DNA of 64,000 nt, from contig NIVC01001115.1 in assembly GCA_002269645.1 (NCBI GenBank), forward strand, positions 125,403-189,402. Direction: 5' to 3'. Under the pieces are notes generated by a model. It was not told the origin of the DNA and ran no database searches. It saw nothing but the letters and a program-made list of their open reading frames with translations. A program made the position numbers and the translations under genes. Position 1 is the first letter of the stretch, and each line of letters starts with the position of its first letter. Positions 49,898 through 61,859 of this stretch are shown piece after piece. Source of the stretch: Macrostomum lignano. Lineage: Eukaryota.

Positions 49898-51306
49898 CGC
49901 AAATGTTTGTTTCTTTTTGACGTTAATTTCTGCGAAAAAGAAAACCTACCGGCTGCGAAGTCTTTTATCAAGTATAGCAAAACGATTAGTTCGCAGCATT
50001 GCCAGCAGCCCTGGACCTTGGCTGGCTTTGAGCCATAGACGAAACGCTCCAGTGCAAAGCAGAGAGTAGCGAGCCAACCCAGAGAGCCCACATTGCTATT
50101 AAAACTGAAGCCTAAATCTCAAATACTCGGGCTCCTACTTTTCGAGCATTAGAAGACAAGAGTCAAAGTGCAAGTACTACATTTTACCCTAATGGCTATC
50201 TATTGAGAATCTTAGAAAAAATGTACGTTAATAATTATACGCTCGTAGATCATTCTGCAGAATCATTTTAGGTGATATTTTGCAAGTGCAGTCCACCAGC
50301 ATGACTAAGCAAGATTTCCACAAGTGTTCTTATAATAGATGTCTAACTTGTGATAAGATAATTCAGTCTTAGTCTTTGTACGATTTTGTCAGACTCAAAT
50401 CTTTTATAATCTTGGAAAGATCTTGCAAGATTTCGGATAGGGAGAATTGCGAAAAATAACCAAATATCCAAGAAACCTGAAAGAAATATCAAAACTATAT
50501 AGAAGTTTTTGCACAATTTTCCGTGGGTAGATACCTGACTACCGGTCTACCAATACTATTGGTTTACCAATAGCAAGATCAGAAGCCAATAGTTTATAAT
50601 TACGGAAGGCTCGTGCACACAACAAATGCAACCTCAAGCGAGGATCCTTCAGACGTAGTTTCCCGTCCTTACTGAATAGTCCTTGCTTTCACCAACTAAT
50701 TGCAAAGTCAAAATTCAAACATCTTGTACAACCAGAAGACGTCTCGTCGTGATGAAAATGACTCATCGAAAGTGCAAAATAAATTGTACTGTCTTGAATA
50801 GCACAGTTTATTACTCATACAAGTAACTTGCATGACTTGTAGGTCGGTAAGTCAAAAGTGAGAAAGACCTGCAGAGACATTTCTCTTTTTCTTCAACTAA
50901 TGGCCATGCAGCTTAGGTCGGTACTGGGCAATGCAGGTTTCCAAGCAGCAACCTATACACGCAAACTGATTGTGATAAGACAACGCACGTTGGTCTCTGC
51001 AACAAAAATTTACTGCAAGTGCGTCCAGCTTTTGTTTGTACGAGTTATCTACTGCGATTTTATCATCAAGTGCGATAATTATTATCATCGAAAGTGGCTC
51101 AGCAAATTGTCAAGCATTAAATTTCAGCCGATGTCATTCGTCAGCGCAGATGTACATAGCCAGAAACTAAATATAACTTGGCATATCTTATCAGAGCTCT
51201 CTCGGCAAACTCGTCTTGCAAAGGAATATATTGCCAGTGGAAACGGCTAGCAAATGAGACTCAATCCGATTGTGAGGCAGAACGCAAGCCCATAGGAAAC
51301 AGAGAC

Positions 51307-52624
51307 ATGCAACACAGAGTCGGCTTGCACAAACTGCTGGTCCTTATGGTCTGCCTCGTTGCGGCCGCCGCGGCCCAGCAGCAGTTCTACTGCAGCCCAG
51401 ACTCTCCTACCATCGTCAGCGCGTCACTGACGGACTTCTACCTGACCACGAGACGCCAGAACGAAGCCGGCTACTCCTCCGACCTGAGCTGCGAGTTCAA
51501 CGCGGAGTCGCCCAACCGAGCATTCTTCGTCGAAGTCAAGTCGTTCAAGGTCAGCTCGGCAGTGTTCACCATCAGCTCCGGCGATGAGGTGCTGTTTAGC
51601 GGTTCCAGCATCCCAGACTACCAACACAACATCTTGACGCCGTCGAAGTCGCTGAAGGTCCGCTTCGATGCGACCGGAGACCAGTCGAACAGCGAGGGCG
51701 TCACAGTCCGAGTTCGAGCGATGGACTTTAACGGCTGCATTCCCGGCTGGACATACATCAGCGGCACCTGCTACGGTACTGACAGCATCGAAAGCAGCCA
51801 GAACTACCTTGACGCTCAGCGAGCTTGCAACAGCATGCGCTCGAATCTCCTACATGTTCCGGTTGCGTACTACAACAACATTGGCTCGTTCATGCGACTG
51901 CTGCCGAACAGTCTGAGGCGCTACTACACCTGGATCGGACTGACCGACCGCTCGTCTCGATTCTCCCACTACTGGCTGAGTGGAACGCTACAATTCTGGT
52001 AATTTCTAGATCCGTTTTTCCTTTTATCTAACATTTACCTACTCTTTCTCTTGTTTTTGACTCCCGAACCATCCGTGCTTTAGGACGTCGGAGATCAGCT
52101 GCTACTCAGGTGGCTCTTCGTCCAGCTGCCTATCGTACGAACGCTGTGGGACTTTCAACGACAAAAGCTCGTATTACGCAATTTTTATGGATGACTGCAG
52201 CGATCGAAACAAATTCGCCTGCTCCGCACCTCCTGGCGGCACGAGTACGTTTTACACCGTGCCAAACACCTACACTCCTTACTATTCAACCAGCAGTAAC
52301 ATTTGGGTCTACGCGTTAGTCGGCCTGTTCTTGTTCGGCCTCATCGTGTTCGGCATTTACTCCGGCATGCGCAGTCGGGCGCGCCGACGGGTCCAGGGCG
52401 CCAGTTCCGTCGTGGTCAGCGCCGGTCAAGTGACGGTCCCGCCGCCTGCCGACAGCTACCCCGCTGCGCCGCAGTACCCGGCGGGGTCTCAGCCGTACCC
52501 GACGCAGCCGCAGTACCCACAGGCCCCGCAGTACCCGCAGTACACTGCCGCGCCTCCGAGCTACGATGCTGCAGTGACGGCTAGCGGCAGTGGCGGCCAG
52601 GTGAATGCGGGATTCAATAAGTAG
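51307..52624 (+). CDS. Type I membrane protein: signal peptide, CUB-like domain, C-type lectin domain, TM, Pro/Tyr-rich tail with PPSY (410 aa; exons 51307-51998, 52084-52624)
   Basis: CUB-like GYSSDLSCEF...SLKVRFDATGDQSNSEG. CTLD CIPGW...CY...AQRAC...WIGL...C..KFAC. TM IWVYALVGLFLFGLIVFGIY. Phase-2 intron restores Trp. Confidence 0.75.
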
Positions 52625-52984
52625 CGGCACTGCTGAGTGCTAAACAATGGGTGTTAATTTTTTAAAATTCAGCTTTTTGGTTTTGTGATTATACGCTCGT
52701 ATTTTTGCGTAATTTTTGCTGCTAATAATTTGCTTAGTGTGATACTAATTTAATTAGCACCTTTATTTATTTACGCATTTTATTTGTCAGATTATTATAA
52801 ATAAATTAATATCTTGTGAAATTAAATTCAGATTGCTTTTCTCGATTGAGATTCAAGACTATAAAAGCCTATGTTCACGAGATGTGCAACTTTAATCTTG
52901 CTTTTGTTCGAAACATAAGTAAAATGCTTTTATGGCTTGCTAAAGTGGCTTTAAGTGGCTTATAAAAGTGGCTTGCTGAATTTC

Positions 52985-53870
52985 CACGTGGCCGACGGAG
53001 TCTGATGATGAAGAACGCAGCGGCCGCCTCACCTCCGCAGCAGGCGATGAGAATTTTGCTGCCATTCGGGCCATGATTAAGGATGATGCCAGGATAACTG
53101 TGGCCCAGATAGAGGCAGAAGTGGCCATCGCGGAAGCCATCCGCACGATCCTGCACTCAAGGCAAGATTTCTGCACGCTGGGTGCCTCATCACCTGACGG
53201 AGGAGCAAAAGGAGGCTCGGGTGGCTTGGTGGCATGCCATGCTTGACAGATTCGTCGGTAGCCGCTCAAACTCGGTCTGGGAAATAGTCAGTGGTGATGA
53301 ATCCTGGAGCGAAAGTTTTGACCCAGAGACCAAGCAGCATTCGGACAAGTGGACACCAGTTAGAGGCGTTACACCATTGAAGCTGAAGCGATCAGCGCAT
53401 GCAGTGTGGCAAAGCAGGTGGTAGCCGTTTTTGTGACGAAAGCTGGTCATCTAGCGACCGTACCACTTGCGCAGCAGCGCACCGTCGCTGCCAACTGGTG
53501 TACCAACTGCTGCCTGCCAGAAGTACTGAGTTGTCTCTCCAGTTGCCGTGCAAGGATTCGAGCTCGGGGTGTGCTTCTTCATCACGACAACGCCTCCGCC
53601 TACAAGTCCAGGCAAGTGGTTGCATGGATTCCTGGCTGGAGAATTCGCATTCAACAGCTTGTCCATCCACCCTACAGCCCAGACCTGGCCCGTGTTTCCG
53701 CAAATCAAGCGGAAGATGCGTGGCAGTCGCTATTCATCGCCGGAAGCTGCAGTCAAGGCCTTCATCGGGCATGTCGAGGAGGTGCCAAGTTTATAGTGGT
53801 CCAGCTGCTTTAATAAGTGGTTTGAAAGGACGCAACGATGCGTAGACTATTCTGGAGAGTACTTTAGAAA
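52985..53870 (+). mobile_element. Decayed Tc1/mariner transposase (frameshifted, 5'-truncated)
   Basis: Motifs KISARWVPHHLT, IVSGDESW, LLHHDNAS, HPPYSPDLA and GEYF lie in different frames. The third catalytic Asp region after SPDLA appears deleted. TIRs not identified. Confidence 0.85.
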
Positions 53871-54568
53871 AAATCTGGCTGTCACGGCCTCTTCCAACTT
53901 TTTACGACCGTTTAAGCATCACTGTCTGTCTGTTACTAAATTTAGCTTCTAGTGTTAATTCGTTCTTTGTTAATTGTCCTAAGGCCTAAGCAATTAAACA
54001 ACTCATAATAGGGTCAAAAACTTCAACTGCTGTCTCTAAATGTTCGTCATCAACTTCCTTTTTAGCAGAGCATCCCAGGATATGCGTCACTAAAACCACA
54101 ACCCCATTACCTGGATTCTGCTCTTCATTGCTGGTATTGTGGCATGGTCCAGCACTCTGACCCGTACATGTATGTGAGAACAGGTAGAACACATAGCAGT
54201 CAAGAATTCTAAACTTCTTCAGGTTGACTTTCGCATTTGTAAGGGGTTTTCTGTACTTTAATACCTTTAAAACATACTGAAAAACACGTGCAATTTTAAT
54301 ACGTTTAATTGACTCGAGAAAGCAAGTATTAGCATTAGTCTTAGTAGTCTTAGAAGTTACTCGTAGTATTTTAGCAACGTATATAGAAACAAACATTCCT
54401 ACACATTTAGACCTATATAGACTTGTTTAACACAATAAGAAAAGCAATAAAATAAAATATGGCCAGTAAGATTCCATTTTAAGCGATATGATCTACAGTG
54501 CATTGGCTGTCCAAAAGCAACTCGGCAATGGGCTACAGATAGAGTGCAGTGCAGTGCAGCAGCTTCAG

Positions 54569-55079
54569 CTAAGCTGGGTACACGGACACGTAGCCAAGGC
54601 CGCCGCAAAACTGCTGATCGTTGCCCCGGCAACGGATTGAACACTTGTCGGCATCTCTGGCGCCGTCGTACTTCATGTACTTGTTGCAGTGGCACTCCGT
54701 TGGTGTCACCCCGACAATTTTGCCTTTAAAGCCCTGGTCTTTGCAGAATTTCTTGCATGCGTCAGCGGACAAGTCGTTAGCCATGCCATTGTTAGTGTAG
54801 GCAGGCATGCCTTGGTCAATCCGGATGGACTCCTTAGTGTAGCAGGTGTGCCCATCGACCTCCGTGACTTTCGGGTCTGCGATTTAAACACCCATTGTAA
54901 GGTAGCTGATTCAGGTCAGATCAGGTGACGTATTAAGACACAGTTGACTACTACATGATGTACTTACTGGCAAAAATTTTCTTGATTGGTTTGGTGACTT
55001 TTTTGCAGGCGCAAGCGTTTCCAACGAAAATGACAGCCACAATCAGCAGCACTTGGGCCGGCAGAGAAATGCGGGGCAT
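54569..55079 (-). CDS. Secreted single WSC-domain protein 5 (139 aa; exons 55079-54968, 54876-54569), close paralog of WSC-4
   Basis: MPRISLPAQVLLIVAVIFVGNACA, phase-1 intron, identical Cys scaffold to WSC-4. Confidence 0.8.
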
Positions 55080-55783
55080 GTTCGATGTCGCAGCTAGCTT
55101 GTTAGCTCTAATACCTCAGCAAATTTTATTGAAGAAGCAGTCCCTTAATTATCAGTCTCACTCTCAAAGACAACTATTAATTGATTAAGTAAGTCTAAAA
55201 CTGCCCTTTCACCTTGGTTTAACCATAGAAAAAATGTCCAAGAATCATCAGAGTTGAAAAGTAGAATGAAGATAGGCTTGGCCATAGAGAATGCGTGAAT
55301 TTCTGACTGAGAAACTCGATGACAAGCGAGCCTACCGCGGTTTGCCGAGCCTACTTGAGAGGCAAAGTGTCTAAAGTGTCACTCTCACGATGGCAAACAC
55401 AAGCCAAGCCAGGGACTTTTAGAAATGGCATCGGTGGACTGGAAACTAAAATAAAACACGGCCCTTTCATTTTGTCGCTGGCATGACAACGATTTATGTT
55501 CGTTCACTGGGGTTTGACTTAATTATTCTAGCCTCCAGTCCACCGAGACAGGGATCTCTATCCCTGCACACGAACAAGCACTGGCGGTATAAGGATGGCT
55601 GCCACTTTTAGTAAACAAATTAAAATGCTATATTCTATTATATCAAGTAGAAAGGCAAACAACGCGGCGACAAAGCAAGACAATTGAAACATTCGCCAGG
55701 CTGTGTTGATGTTTAGGCACGCGCGATTCCAGCAAATGAGCCCACAAAAATTTACATCGACTTGAGAGAGCCGCACCAACTGT

Positions 55784-56566
55784 ATGCATTCGACTTGCGT
55801 TCTATTATTAATTGTGCTAATCCTCGGCTTCCAGGCAGCTGGCGGCAGTGGCTGCACCCCGAAGGACTCGTTCACGGCGGTCAACGACAGCCTGCGCATC
55901 AACAGCGAGTTCACGGAGCTAGATGCCCACCGGGAGCCGGGCCGCATCGGAGGCCGAGTGCTCCCTGCTGTGCTCCAGTTGGTCGCACTGCCAGGCCTTC
56001 AGCACCGCGCACGTGTATTTGACAGGTGCAGCAAACGGGTGAGAAACTGCAGCTGCTCAGCCACTGGTCGGCTGTTTGTGAGGAGACAGCCGGGACTGCA
56101 GCCAGGCAGGCTGTGTCCGTCTGGCTACAATGAGCAGCTATGGGGAGTGAAGTACAAGCTGTACTCCAACTCTGGCAACTGGCAGCAGAGCAAGCAGAAG
56201 CAGGGGTGCGACAGTGAGTTCGGTCTCGTAATCATGGCCAGAGATGAGCTTCATCAACTTGCAGTTCAGCAGCGTATACTCGGATGGCGGATCCGTGTGG
56301 CTGGGTGGCTACCAGACTCAAGGCAGCGGCGAGCCGCGCGAAGGCTGGCGGTGGGTTGCCACGGCCCGGGTGTAAGCGCCGCTCTGTGGGCTGATGGGCC
56401 CAGCAACGGTGCTGATGCGCCCAGCAACGGTGGAGTAGAAGTTGGAAATGAAAAGGCCACCCTTCGGTTAAACCAAGAACCTGGCTTGACTGATGTCTCC
56501 ACGAGTCTTTTAACAGTTCAACACGCAGCTGATGCGAGCGCGTCTCTCCGTTTGATTGACGGGTAA
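55784..56566 (+). pseudogene. Probable pseudogene of a secreted PAN/Apple + C-type lectin protein with several frameshifts
   Basis: Signal peptide, CPSGY..KYKLY and LWADGPSN are in the long ORF frame. ECSLLCSSWSHCQAF (PAN-like, ~55955-56000) and VWLGGYQ..GSGEPREGWRWV (CTLD, ~56295-56360) are in the +1 frame. Confidence 0.6.
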
Positions 56567-57154
56567 AAGATTTAGCTGAAGGATCAGCAATTTAAAACAC
56601 AACTCTAAAGACCAAAGTGTATAGTTTATTACAGTGCTTAACAAATATTGTATAATAAATTTTAACATTAAGCACCCAAACGTGTATAGTGTATTATATG
56701 AAATGTGTGTACACACTAAGGCTAATAGTTTGTAGCTTAAAGAGCCAGTTACGTACATTTTTGAGAAAAGAGCATGCCAAACTGCAATATTTATTAGCAT
56801 TGGTAAAGTTATTGCACAGCGCATTCTGTGACTTAAAATCGGTCAAAGCTTTCACAATACAATAATAATGATTTGATTACAAAACAGGGACAATAAATTT
56901 TATACAGCCAATCCACCAGGACCTACGGAGGAAAGTATTGCTGCAGGCTGTGACGATCCGACTTAATGAAAATGTCAGACTAAAAGACTCAGAGAGCAAT
57001 GTTGCAAAATATAAATAGCTGCGTTGGCAACAGAAATAGAGACCCACATACTGCTATTCACATGACTTTGAAAATGGAACAAAGAAATGAATAAAGAGAA
57101 ATTTTATTGCACAGTTTAACAGCACTTTTTTGCTAACTAATTTAGCAAGACACA

Positions 57155-57335
57155 GCCCCAATGTACATTCCTGCGACCCTATTTTTACACTGGCTGTTCT
57201 CTCCCTCTCTGCCCCAATGTACATTCCTGCGACCCTATTTTTACACTGGTTTTTCTCTCAATCTCTCTCTCTCTCTCTCTGTTCCAATGTACACTCCTGA
57301 GACCCTATTTTTACACTAGCTGTTCTCTCTCTCTC
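57155..57335. repeat. Three copies of a 56-70 bp unit (cccaatgtacattcctgcgaccctatttttacactgg + CT-rich spacer)
   Basis: Direct reading; lies downstream of the SHC-like stop codon. Confidence 0.8.
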
Positions 57336-57707
57336 TCCTTCTTTATGTTGTTTCTGAAAAACCCTTTCCATTTAATTACTTACTTTTTATGTAAAAAAAC
57401 TGGTAAATTCCAAGTGTCTCTGCGAATTCCTATATACTAAAATTGCAATAATATTTTGGCTAGAAGTGTTGATTAATATAAAAGACAGGCAAAAGTTCGC
57501 ATGCTGTATAAAAGGTCAAACAAAGTAAATGTTACTTCTAATTAAAACTTTCTCCACAGCTTTAAAACATAGCAAGCTGGTTAAGCTGCATGGCAGCCTA
57601 ACTCTGTTAAGGAGACGCAACTGTAAGGCATCGAGAGCGATCGACAGGCAGGCAAGACATATAAGCCATTCAGCCGACGTTAAGCCATGGATGAGGAGGG
57701 ACGGGGG

Positions 57708-58099
57708 CTAAGCTCTGGACACGGGACAGCACAGGACCAGCTCGCTGTCCTCACTAACTATGGGTAACCGGCTATCAACGTGGAAAGCAACTAGCTGTTC
57801 GAGATTATCGAACGCGCGGTCCCGAGTTCGAACCCGGCCGTCAGGATCAACCAATAGCAGGTGCTTGCAGCGGCCCTCGGCCAGGCGGCCGCTCAGCACA
57901 AACTGGCCGGGCTGGCCGGTGGCTGCTCGGACAAGAAAATCGCCGGCGGCTGACAGCAACCGTTCGGCCTGCTGCCGGCTGATGGGGCCGTGGTACCACG
58001 GCTGCGACACCGGCTCCGGGACCGAGGCTCCGCTGACTGCCGATGCTGCTGGCGACACCGCCTGTCGGGGCGGCGGCTGCGGGGGCGGCTCTGAGGTGC
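57708..58099 (-). CDS. SHC: Terminal exon of an SHC-family adaptor (Pro-rich linker + C-terminal SH2); upstream exons not identified in the window
   Basis: PWYHGPISRQQAERLL..GDFLVR..PGQFVLSG..KHLLLVDPDGRVRTRDRAFDNLEQLVAFH..LPIVSEDSELVL matches the Shc SH2 as I recall it. Acceptor ctttcAG at 58101-58100. Confidence 0.85.
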
Positions 58100-59499
58100 C
58101 TGAAAGATTGGGAAGTAAAAAAAACTCTTAGACATCATCGTTGCCTTAAACATCCCAAAAAGGGGCGAGGCCGGCAGCGGCCTCACATTAGAACTTGATT
58201 TCAACTGCGCTAATCCGGGTATCTCAGATGTGCCAATTCGGATGTCTCAGGTGTGCCAATTCGGGTGTCTCAGGTGTGCCATCACTTCATCATTATCATT
58301 AAAGTAGTTTACACATATTCGTGAAAGCGACTTTAACAGTAGGAGCTTTTAGAAGCAGGTTTCACTTTGTTTACCCGACTTATATTTGTTATACATATAA
58401 TTATTTGAAAAATATCTCTCCCGAATTCGGTTTGCCAATTTGTAGGAGTAATTTAGTGACACAGAGAACTTTTGGGATGACCCTCGTATGTTCAGACTTG
58501 ATGTGTCTATTACTATATCACTCAGTGTATCATCCTTGCTCATTGTTTTTAAATGGTATATATACTTGATATCTTGAATTTGCTTGCGTATATTACTGAT
58601 AAGAATTTAGAATTGTTTTTTAAAGCAAAATCTGGTATAGTATGTTGTGTGAGTCGCAATCGTAAACATAAATTGCGTTCCTTAAAAAATTCATTCCTGG
58701 TGTTGAATGCCTCGACCAGTCAGTGTCTGATACTGCTACCAGACACTGAAGTAGTGGTGATACAGTAGTAGTGCCTATGTTGACGGTGATATACCTATTT
58801 AAAGTTGCAGCTTTCAAGAAGTTCAAGCAACTCAGTCGATAGGATAGGGATGTACATATACATGTAGGACTGTACATAATTCAGCAGATTCCTTAATGTT
58901 TTGCTAATATATTCTATAATATTTTATAATAATATTGATAATATATCAATATTGTTTTCAATATTTCAACTTCTTTTCAATATAGCCTGGGCTTAAAGCT
59001 TTGCTTGTTTTTATTTTATTTTAGCCACTTTGTGGCTTTGAATAATTAAGTTACGAACTGTTTCTTTACATTTTATTGAATGGTTTACCTTTAAAGAAAT
59101 TAAAGTTAATTAGCTTAACAGTTTTTTATTTAGACAACTATTATTCAATTATAATTTCTTTTAATCATAGTTACAATCAACGAAAAATATACCGAGACAT
59201 GACTCAAAATGCAATACGATTATAATTCAATCCATTTAACCTTATTATAAAATCGATTTTAATTTTTAGGATTCGAGCTCACTTGTTTGGATTCTGATAT
59301 TAATAATGAATTTGAAGATGAAGAGTTTATAAAAAACCAAAGCTTTCTAGAAGATCTTTGATCCTGGGCACTAGATTCAAATATACCAAAGCAGAATATA
59401 ACATAATTACTCCCGTTATTAAAGAAAAAATTTATTGAGTAAGAAACTCTTCAAACTGCTGAAACTTTGCTGGATTAAAATAAATTAATTCCAAGCAGT

Positions 59500-60560
59500 C
59501 CTCAATTGTTTTAATCAATGTTAATAAACTCGTATATTATATGTACGAGTATATGTGTTGGCATGGAATCATCACTAAGTATTAATATACTTGGTCGAAA
59601 ATTCAGCCTTTTAGTAACCATGTGCAAATTTTCATCATTGTTGATGGAATTAGTCTCTTTAAAGGGTAAAAAAACAAGCAATTTTAGGTTATAAAATAAT
59701 GAAGTTAGTGTTTTTGTGTTTGAAATTTTTATGGCATTGGAATACCTGACCTATCAATTTATTTGAAAGATATTGTTGCTGAATTTTGGAAATTGAAAAA
59801 TGGATTTCAAATTTATGATCAAATTGTAAAATTTCACTCCAATTCATAACTGCTGATCTTCCTGCAAAGTCCTATCTTAAATGTACTAAAGGTCACAATG
59901 GTTATTCAAGTTTTGACAGATGCACTATTTCTGGACAATGGTCACTTCTCAATCAATGTTTTTATTTATCATCCAAAAATAAAGCATTTCGCTAAAAGTT
60001 AGGTAAGAAGCATCATGTTCGAAGCAGCCCATTTTGGAGCTCGACATAAGATATGATTGAATCATTTCCAAGTGATCCAATGCAATGCCTATATCTAAGT
60101 GTATGCGTCGCCTACTTTTTGTTTGGATCCATGGAAAACCAGGCAAAGGAAAGTGTAATGCATCAGATATTGTTGATGTTATCAACTCTTATCAAACACT
60201 TAAAACAATTTGGATTCAGACCAAATGGTACCGGAATTTTCAAGAAAGCCTCGAGGGTTAGCAGAGATTAAGTCTTTCTTCTGCTACATACGGCACTTCA
60301 AGTAGTCTTCCACAATGAGAAAATCCAAAGCAACCACGTGCTTTATAATTATGCCGACTCACTGTTGAAGGCAGTTATTTCATCAGCAGTCAAAATCGAT
60401 AGACAGTTTCACCACCCAAAATGTTTATGCTTTAAATCATTTGTCAGCTGATTTTTTCAGCTTTGGTCCACTAAGTCACTGCAGTGCTGATGCCTTTAAG
60501 AACTTTATTTAAGTTTTGGGTATTCATTGTAACTATAGTTTTATTAAACAAGTGATCGGC
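59500..60560 (+). mobile_element. Decayed CACTA/EnSpm (CMC)-type transposase remnant 1
   Basis: Motifs VDGISLFK (~59640), ITADLPAKSYLKCTKGHNGYSSFDRCT (~59846-59926) and FPSDPMQCLYL (~60065), broken by stops and frameshifts. Confidence 0.65.
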
Positions 60561-61859
60561 TTTTTTCTACAAAGCTAATCCTTGCTTCTTAGGCATAACA
60601 GCTCAGACTTTTTTGCTATCAATGACATTTTTATGGATGGAAGTAAAAAACCTTGGTTTTGTGTCAATATTTTCAGACGGTAAAATACTTGTATTCCTAC
60701 CCATGAAAAAGAACGCCAGTGAATGTTCTAAAATATAGTGCTCTTCGGGACACTTAAAATCATATTCTACTTATTTACAGATATACTGCATTGTTTTATT
60801 TCCTAGAGAAAACTCTGTTGAGTATATACCTACCAGCCGATTGATAAAAAATCGGTTACCGAATCCAAAAAGAGTACGTTTTCTCAAAGGTAAACACTTT
60901 TGTCAAACTGTTGCTTGTCTCTGCTTGTTAACAAATACGAGTGTATTAGTTAATTTTAAGAATTAAATTAAACTAACACTATAATATTGTGTTAACTTGT
61001 TTCTTGGAAGGGCATCGCTATTTTTGAATAATTTATTGTTTTCATTACGTCTACCATTTATGTAGTTTAGATGTCACGAAAACCTAGTTTTCGTATTTTT
61101 CTGGTAGTCGAAATTTTTCGGGGTTTGCGCGCACTATTCTATTCATGGTCCCTTAGAAACGATGACTACTGATGAATCAGACGCTCTCCAAACGTTAAGA
61201 CTCATTTTGATGAAGAGTTTCCCCGAGTTTCCGCCAGCATCTCAAATTGACAAAGGCCGCACAGATGTGCAGAGTACAAACAATTTTTTACACTGCTCGA
61301 TTATTCCCGATGATGATGCCCACTTTGATACGAGTATATTGCTCTCGACAGCGGCATTTCAAACACGTTGCCAGCCGCAAGGACATCGACCTATAATCTC
61401 AGTTTACTGCAGCTACTACCGCTATTGTCAATGCTACAGACTCCACAGCCGTTGCTGTCAATGCCACCGTCTCCGCAGCCGCTGTCAATGGTACACTTTT
61501 GCGGCCAGTTCAGCACATTTTCCGGTCATTTAAACTGAACGGCCAGAATTTCACACGCTATTTTATCCATCGGCTTGCAAATGACGTCGGCAAAGCTGAA
61601 GACCCCAGTTCCGCAATCGGTGGATTTGGATTCAGAGTTGACTGCAATGATGGATGAGGCCGAAATCGCCTCACACTGTAAATCTAAAACGTCCATAAGA
61701 GGTCCAAAATAAAATTTTATACCTTAGAAGAAAATTGCGGACCTTTAAGCTCCAAGGTCCGAACTTAAAAAATGTCTTGTAATTACCAGAAATGTAAGTA
61801 CACCCTCTACGAGTATAGTTAAGGTATAATGAGCATTTGTGTTATCAGTTCCAATTCTG

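Noticed and set aside
50858-51306. N-terminal extension of the CUB-CTLD ORF from 51178, and ORF 50858-51250
   Set aside because: ATG 51307 directly precedes the signal peptide; the upstream frame has no coding features.
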